Of a DNA stretch of 64,000 nucleotides, positions 62,531 to 64,000 are shown piece after piece; within the stretch, counting starts at the first letter, position 1; the number at the start of each line of letters is the position of its first letter. The notes under the pieces were generated by a model, which had not been told where the DNA came from, searched no databases, and saw only the letters and a list, made by a program, of their open reading frames with translations. Origin of the DNA: Selaginella moellendorffii. Lineage: Eukaryota > Plantae > Lycopodiophyta. Position numbers and translations under genes: made by a program. Location of the stretch: positions 506,202 to 570,201 of the forward strand of contig NW_003314338.1 in NCBI RefSeq assembly GCF_000143415.4, given 5' to 3'.

Positions 62531-63886
62531 ATGGCGATGGCGGCAGTGGCAGCGTCTCTCCGCGCAAATCTCCGCTGCAAGAGGCCATGGCAGGAGGCGA
62601 GCGGCGCGCTGGGCGACCTGGGCACATTCGTCCCGATCGTCGTGGCGCTAACCCTAGTGAGGGGCCTGGATCTCGGTACGTCGCTCATCGCCACCGGCCT
62701 TTACAACGTCGTCACCGGCGCGGTGTTTGGCGTGCCAATGCCCGTCCAGCCGATGAAATCCATCGCCGCGGTGGCCATCACGGAGGGCGATTGGTCGCTC
62801 AGCATTCCCCAGGTCATGGCCGCGGGGCTGTGCGTTTCCGGGATCGCTTTCTTCCTCGGGATCACTGGGCTCATTCGAGTCGTGGCGTGGATCGTACCCC
62901 TGCCGGTGGTGCGAGGGATCCAGCTCGCGCAGGGGCTCTCCTTCGCGATCACTGCCGTGAAGTATGTGCTCCAGGAACAGGATTTCTCCAGAGGGAAGGC
63001 TACCGGGGACAGGCCTTGGCTGGGACTGGATGGGATCCTGGTCGCTCTCGCTGCTCTGGGATTCATCGTTCTTGCCAATGGATCCGGGCAAGGCGTCGAG
63101 AATTCACAGCGTGGTGATGATCAAGATCAAGAGGCCGGTGACGAAGAAGAACACGTCGAAAGCTCATCGCCCACCACCTTTGCGACGAGGATTCCAACCG
63201 CGCTGATCGTGTTCTTGGTCGGGATCCTCCTCGCAGCGGTGAGGAACCCGAGCATCTTCGATGCTCTTCGGCTGGGACCAAGCATCCCTCGCGTCACAAG
63301 GATCACTGGCGAAGACTGGAAGATTGGTTTTGTGCGAGGAGCGATCCCGCAGCTCCCTCTCACGATCCTCAACTCGGTGGTGGCGGTTTGCAAGCTCTCC
63401 AAGGATCTCTTCCCGGAGATGGAAGATCGCGTGTCGCCGACCAGGGTCTCGGTGAGCGTCGGGATCATGAACTGGATCGGGTGCTGGTTTGGAGCTCTCC
63501 CGGTTTGCCACGGCGCTGGGGGACTGGCCGGGCAGTATCGATTTGGAGCGAGCTCGGGAGCGTCAGTGGCGATGCTTGGAGCTGCCAAGCTTGTGCTTGG
63601 ATTGCTGCTAGGGAGCTCTTTGATCAGGCTTCTAGACGCGTTTCCTATCGGGCTTCTGGGGATCTTGCTGCTCTTCTCAGGGGTGGAGCTCGCCATGGCT
63701 TGCCGGGATCAGACGAGCAGGCTGGATTCGTTTGTGATGCTCACCTGTGTGGCAGTGTCGCAGGGATCCAAGAGTCTTGCCACTGGTTGTGTGTGTTCTA
63801 TACTTCTGTTTGTGTTGCTCAAGGTGAGAGATGTGGTGTTTTGGAGGCGTCTCTCTACTAGGAGCGATCTACAGCCACTGCTGTAA
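62531..63886 (+). CDS. MOT1: Molybdate transporter (MOT1 family), intronless, 451 aa
   Basis: EASGALGDLGTFVPIV, PMPVQPMKSIAAVA, PLPVVRGIQLAQGL, AIPQLPLTILNSVVAVC, LPVCHGAGGLAGQYRFG. Confidence 0.96.
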   Translation: MAMAAVAASLRANLRCKRPWQEASGALGDLGTFVPIVVALTLVRGLDLGTSLIATGLYNVVTGAVFGVPMPVQPMKSIAAVAITEGDWSLSIPQVMAAGLCVSGIAFFLGITGLIRVVAWIVPLPVVRGIQLAQGLSFAITAVKYVLQEQDFSRGKATGDRPWLGLDGILVALAALGFIVLANGSGQGVENSQRGDDQDQEAGDEEEHVESSSPTTFATRIPTALIVFLVGILLAAVRNPSIFDALRLGPSIPRVTRITGEDWKIGFVRGAIPQLPLTILNSVVAVCKLSKDLFPEMEDRVSPTRVSVSVGIMNWIGCWFGALPVCHGAGGLAGQYRFGASSGASVAMLGAAKLVLGLLLGSSLIRLLDAFPIGLLGILLLFSGVELAMACRDQTSRLDSFVMLTCVAVSQGSKSLATGCVCSILLFVLLKVRDVVFWRRLSTRSDLQPLL

Positions 63887-64000
63887 AGCCTGTCAAAATA
63901 ATTATGATATAATTATATTTCACTTATAAACAAATTTATTTTTTCCTTGTCAATCATCCCAATAATAAATGTAAATAACCTGGTTTTCTTATTATATTTA

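Noticed and set aside
62587-63861. Alternative-frame and antisense ORFs over MOT, and similar ones over the PPR, GT32 and auxilin exons
   Set aside because: Shadow ORFs of GC-rich coding exons without independent motifs.

Overview
Gene-dense land-plant nuclear DNA. Introns of about 50 nt, SS-rich PLS-type PPR genes and very short intergenic spacers suggest a lycophyte such as Selaginella (inference). Recognisable genes: WNK kinase (cut by the left edge), haspin kinase, a ZF-HD transcription factor, two PLS PPR genes, a GT32 alpha-1,4-glycosyltransferase, an auxilin-like J protein, PLD-zeta, a SAD2/importin-7-like protein, organellar ribosomal protein bL27 and a MOT molybdate transporter. Two transposon blocks (about 5.7-18 kb and 38.6-50.1 kb) contain nested Gypsy-type LTR elements, a young TRIM, solo LTRs, a 5'-truncated LINE and a Helitron helicase remnant; several target-site duplications are readable. 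Most notable: (1) a duplicated 4-exon gene encoding only the membrane helices of an HMA2/4-type P1B heavy-metal ATPase, with the catalytic A/P/N domains gone but the ORF kept open in both copies; (2) a PPR ORF with no upstream start codon, directly behind rpL27, that can be spliced in frame to rpL27 exons; (3) a very AT-rich, intact, intronless gene joining an unknown domain to a GNA-type lectin; (4) an LTR module that is inverted, deleted or hairpin-expanded in different copies. All calls were made by eye, without database searches; coordinates of degenerate repeats are approximate.
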